Shown in pieces: positions 60,043-64,000 of a DNA stretch of 64,000 nucleotides (position 1 is the first letter of the stretch; the number at the start of each line of letters is the position of its first letter). The stretch is from NCBI RefSeq assembly GCF_011386835.1, contig NC_088792.1:193688001-193752000 (forward strand), read 5' to 3'. The translations under genes and the position numbers were made by a program. This stretch comes from Chrysemys picta bellii. Taxonomy: Eukaryota. The notes below the pieces were generated by a model. The model saw only the letters and a program-made list of their open reading frames with translations, ran no database searches and was not told the DNA's origin.

Positions 60043-60269
60043 TTAGATATGGCTGTATACGGTCTTTCAGGTTGTCCAACATTCTCCCAGACCAGGTTCA
60101 GAGTCCATTACTCCAGGACACCTGACAAGTGGGATATTATCTTGAAGAGATACTCAGTATGTTCAGTGCCTCCCCAGTATTCACATGTGTGACTTGCTCC
60201 TCTGTTGATTGCCAGTCAGGGAGACAAAATGGGCTGTATAGTCCCAAGAGTGATCTACTGGCTCAGACC

Positions 60270-60518
60270 TGATCTACACCTAAAACTTTAGTTGACTTGC
60301 AACTTCACTCAGGACTGTGAAAAATGTCCAGATCCTGCGTAACATAGGATGACCAAACCCCACTGTAGACACAGCTAGGCCAACAGAAGAATTCTTCCTT
60401 TTATCTCCCTACACCACCCTACGTTGATGGAAAGCTCCCTTCTGTGTGTGTAGCAAGCATCTATGCTACAGAGGCACAGCTGCAGTGCCGTAGCTGTGCT
60501 GCTATAGTGTAGATGTAC
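60270..60518. mobile_element. Older Harbinger-type MITE
   Basis: GATCTACACC...ATAGTGTAGATGTAC ends resemble the TIRs of 59758. Confidence 0.5.
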
Positions 60519-61716
60519 AGATTTTTGAAGTAGAACAGAGTCTTGGGCTCATTAAGGCTGACAGATAACACCGATCAGTAGATCAGAGGATGAAAGGGCA
60601 CATGGCCCCACATTTTTCGGCATGGGGCCATCTTTCCATGTGTTTGAACAGTGGGTAGCATTAGAGGATCTGATCCCTGAACTGGGCCTTTGAGTGTTAT
60701 GGTAATACAAGTTATTGTCATTGTTAAATATTTATATCTCCCAAGGGAGCCCCACCCAGGTAATATTTTTGGTCTTGATTTAATGTTGGGGACCCCAGAC
60801 TTGGTCCCACTCTCTTCCCCTCAAGAGCCTTAGGGCATGATCTTACTGCCCCTGCAATCCACTCTGCACTTGGTCCCCATGGAATTGATTCAATGGCCTG
60901 AGTAGGTCAGCCTAATAATATAGCTGCATTAGGTGGTCAAATAAACAGAGCTGAGGAGTTGGCTAGAGGAAATAATTTTTTTTTCATACCATTCAAATTT
61001 TTCATTTAGAAACCTCAATATCAAAGGACCAAGAATAATAAAAAAACCCACCACCCTATATGTATATGACTGAATGCTGCCTGACGCAGTCTGTACAATC
61101 CCATTGAAGTCAGTGGAGTTGTACAAGATGTACGTCAGGGCACAATGCAATTCAGTTTTTGATGATGAAAGTGGGTCAAGATCAGGAAAGGTGAGACAAG
61201 GAAATCAAACTGAGGCCAACAATTTTATTTTGGAAGTTTAAAAGCTCCTTTTTAAATTGAAAGTTGGAGCTATTTTGACAATTTCATTAGAAATATGATG
61301 AAATAAATATATAAAAGCATTGGTTCAGTCTTTTTAAAATAACTGTTTCATATTTGTCATTCACAAGTAATGGGCTGTGTTTCTGTTAATGAAACTTAAT
61401 TTGTCACATAACATATCAAATCATTTTCATTTCCACAGGACTTTGCAGCATTCATTTGTTATGCTTCCGATAAACAAAGAGAATCTTTGTACTCTCCGTT
61501 CAATGACACTTCAAACACCCCAAAAAGAAAGACAAAATTAAGATATCCCTGTGAAAGTGCGGGGCGTGTGTCTTTTTCCTTTAGCAAGATACATCTACTA
61601 GGCCAGCATACAACACGGATCTTAGACATGGTACACAGGAAACAAAGATTAAACACCAGCTTATGGTTATTACCAGCTGTAATTATTTTAGAAGTTTCCC
61701 AGGGTTTCTGTTGAAG

Positions 61717-62917
61717 AGAATCATAGAAATGTTGGGTTGGAAGAGATCTCGAAAGGTCATCAAGTACAGTGATTTTTTTATCCTTTCCTCTTAGGCCAAG
61801 TTTTCTAAACCTTTTAGCATTTTTGTTGCTCTCCTCTTGATTCTCTCTAATTAGTCCACATCTTTCCTAAATTGTGGCACCCAGAATTGGACCACAATAC
61901 TCCAGCTAAAGCCTCACCAGTGGTGAGTAGAATGGGCCTGTTACATCCCATGTCTTACATAAAACTCTGCTGTTAATGTACCCCAGAATATTTGCCTTTT
62001 TTGCAACTGCATCACATTGTTGACTCATTTAGTTTATGATCCACTGTAATCCCCAGTTCCTTTTAAGCAGTAATACTACTTAACTAGTTATTCCCCATTT
62101 TGTGGTTGTGCATTTGATTTTTCCTTCTTAAGTGTAGCACTTTGCACTTGTCTTTATTGAATTTCATTTTGTTGAATTCAGACCAATGCTCTAATTTGTC
62201 AAGGTTGTTTTGAATTCTCACCCTCAGTCTTCCAAAGTGCTTGCAGCCACTCCCAGCTTGCTGTTGTGTGCACATTTTATTCGCATGCTTGTTGCTTCAT
62301 TATCTAAATTGTTAATGAAAATATTGATAAGTACTAGACCCAGGATTGACCCCTGTGGGACCCCAGTAGATATGCCTTCCCAATTTGACCACAAAACATT
62401 GATAATTACCTTTTTTGAGTAGTGTTTTTCAATCATGCACTGTATAGTGATTCCATCTAGATCACATTTCCCTTGTTTGCTTATGAGAATGTAAGGTAGG
62501 ACTATGTCAAAAGCCTTAGTAAAATCAAGGTATGTCATGTCTGCTGCTTCCCTGCATCCACTAGGTCAGTAACTTTGTCAAAGAAGAAAGTTAAGTCAGT
62601 TTGGCATGAATTGTTCTTGACAATTCCATACTGGCTATTCCTTATTACTCTATTATCCTCAAGATGCTCACCAATTGTTTGTGTGTTTTTAATAATTTGT
62701 TCCAGTATCTTTCAAAGTATCAATGTAGACTGACTGCTCTATAATTCCCCAGATGCTCTTTGTTCCCCATTTTAAAAATAGGTACTATATTTGCCATTCT
62801 CGAGTCCTCTGGGACCTCACCTGTCCCCCACGAGTTCTCAAAGACAACTGCCAATGGTTCTGAGATTGCTTCAGGTAATTCCATAAGGACTCTAGGATGA
62901 ATTCTTAGTAAAAGCAC
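61717..62917 (-). mobile_element. CR1 LINE (RT region to tail), internally deleted, degraded
   Basis: Minus-strand ORFs show HPRVLMELPEAISEPL, NYRAVSL, YLDFTKAFD and GVPQGSILG. The reverse-complement octamer tail AGAATCATAGAA is at 61717. Confidence 0.9.
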
Positions 62918-64000
62918 AACATTCTTTCTTGTGAAGATTTCCTGGTACCTACACTAACATGCAGGGATATTTCTTGGAATTAAAGTATGACTGTACAACT
63001 GGAAAGAACCATACGAACAAATTCCCTTTAAAACATCCCACACCAACAACAGCTGGAATTTAGATTTCAGAAGGTGATGTTTTTAAATTAGTGGGTGGGC
63101 GGTTGCTTTACTTACAGGAGCTTTTTCTCTTTCTTATAGTACAGCTCAGTCCCCTTATTTGTACAATTCACAAAAGAGATGTTTTCTTTTCAGGGTTCTT
63201 CTGCTATATCTGAATTGCTTCTGAGATTGCTTTAACATGCTTTCAGTTGTCCCTTAAAATCTTCTGAATTTGTCATCAGTTTTACAGGCAATATTTGCTT
63301 TGTATCCTCAAATGCCAAGTGACAACAACATGAAATATCTTAAAATAATCCTACTATTCTATATTGAATTGCGCAAGCTCTGTGATTTTTACACAGGAGT
63401 ATTATGATACTTCCACTGGAGAGTGTAGAACAGATTACTCTTAAAATTATTTCCAAACATTTAATCTCACTATGAGCATTTGTACGTAAGATCTGCTCTC
63501 TAAGTTCCATGATAGACAAGTACATGTAACTACTGGAATTTGTTACCAGCTGCTTGATATAAGCTAGAATACTTATTGCTTTTCAGTTTTTCAATCAGGG
63601 CAAAATTAAATGCTTATTTTTAGCTCATGATTTAATGAGTCAAATTGAATGGTTTCCTTATTTATCATTAGCAGCCTGCTGTTTTTTTACATGTAGAAAC
63701 TAGATGATATGGTTTACTTATCTTTTAAAAATGAATAACAAATTGGTTCAATTTTTGTTTATATGCAAGAGACAACTCAACTAGCAACTTCAGTAAGTTA
63801 CAGCTTTTCCTTGAGTAGTTTCCTTATGATTATGTGCCCTGCTGCGCCTTTGACCAGTGATTTTCAGTAGCAGTTGCCTGTTTGGCCTGCACATGCCCTC
63901 TCCACATCCTCATGGCCCATACTGAAGCTATATAGGGTAGGTCAGGAGAACCACCCTCAACCTTTAGCCTGAGATTTTCATAGCATTGTTTAGCTTAGTT

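Noticed and set aside
39147-64000. NETO1 exon 5 (expected ~42 nt, DPDFKDLGALKPLP-like)
   Set aside because: I could not find a matching sequence. Intron 4 is long in other amniotes as I recall, so the exon probably lies beyond the window.

Overview
Vertebrate genomic DNA, most likely a turtle; this is inferred from the repeat landscape of CR1 LINEs, Penelope-like elements and hAT, Tigger and Harbinger MITEs. The window holds the 5' part of NETO1 (neuropilin and tolloid-like 1, the CUB-domain auxiliary subunit of kainate receptors) on the + strand. Coding exons 1-4 are 20622-20649, 27304-27357, 29941-30078 and 38898-39146. Together they are 469 nt, encode the signal peptide plus CUB1, and all introns are phase-1 GT-AG. 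A CpG-rich promoter region surrounds exon 1, and intron 4 runs off the right edge (exon 5 was not found). The rest is about 18 kb of upstream sequence plus introns, densely filled with mostly decayed transposons, several with exact target-site duplications (TSDs). I found no prokaryote-type system such as CRISPR or an operon. The most unusual signals are: (i) four stop/start-overlapped uORFs in the NETO1 leader, followed by a 78-aa out-of-frame ORF that stays open across exons 1-3; (ii) a young Penelope-like insertion whose internal inversion creates an uninterrupted, RT-less 227-aa GIY-YIG ORF; (iii) minimal hammerhead-ribozyme motifs in the Penelope tails, two of them sense-oriented in NETO1 introns; (iv) a fold-back hAT element filling most of intron 2; and (v) candidate alternative N- and C-termini for NETO1. 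All coordinates were read by eye. Repeat family assignments come from recalled consensus features, not a database search.
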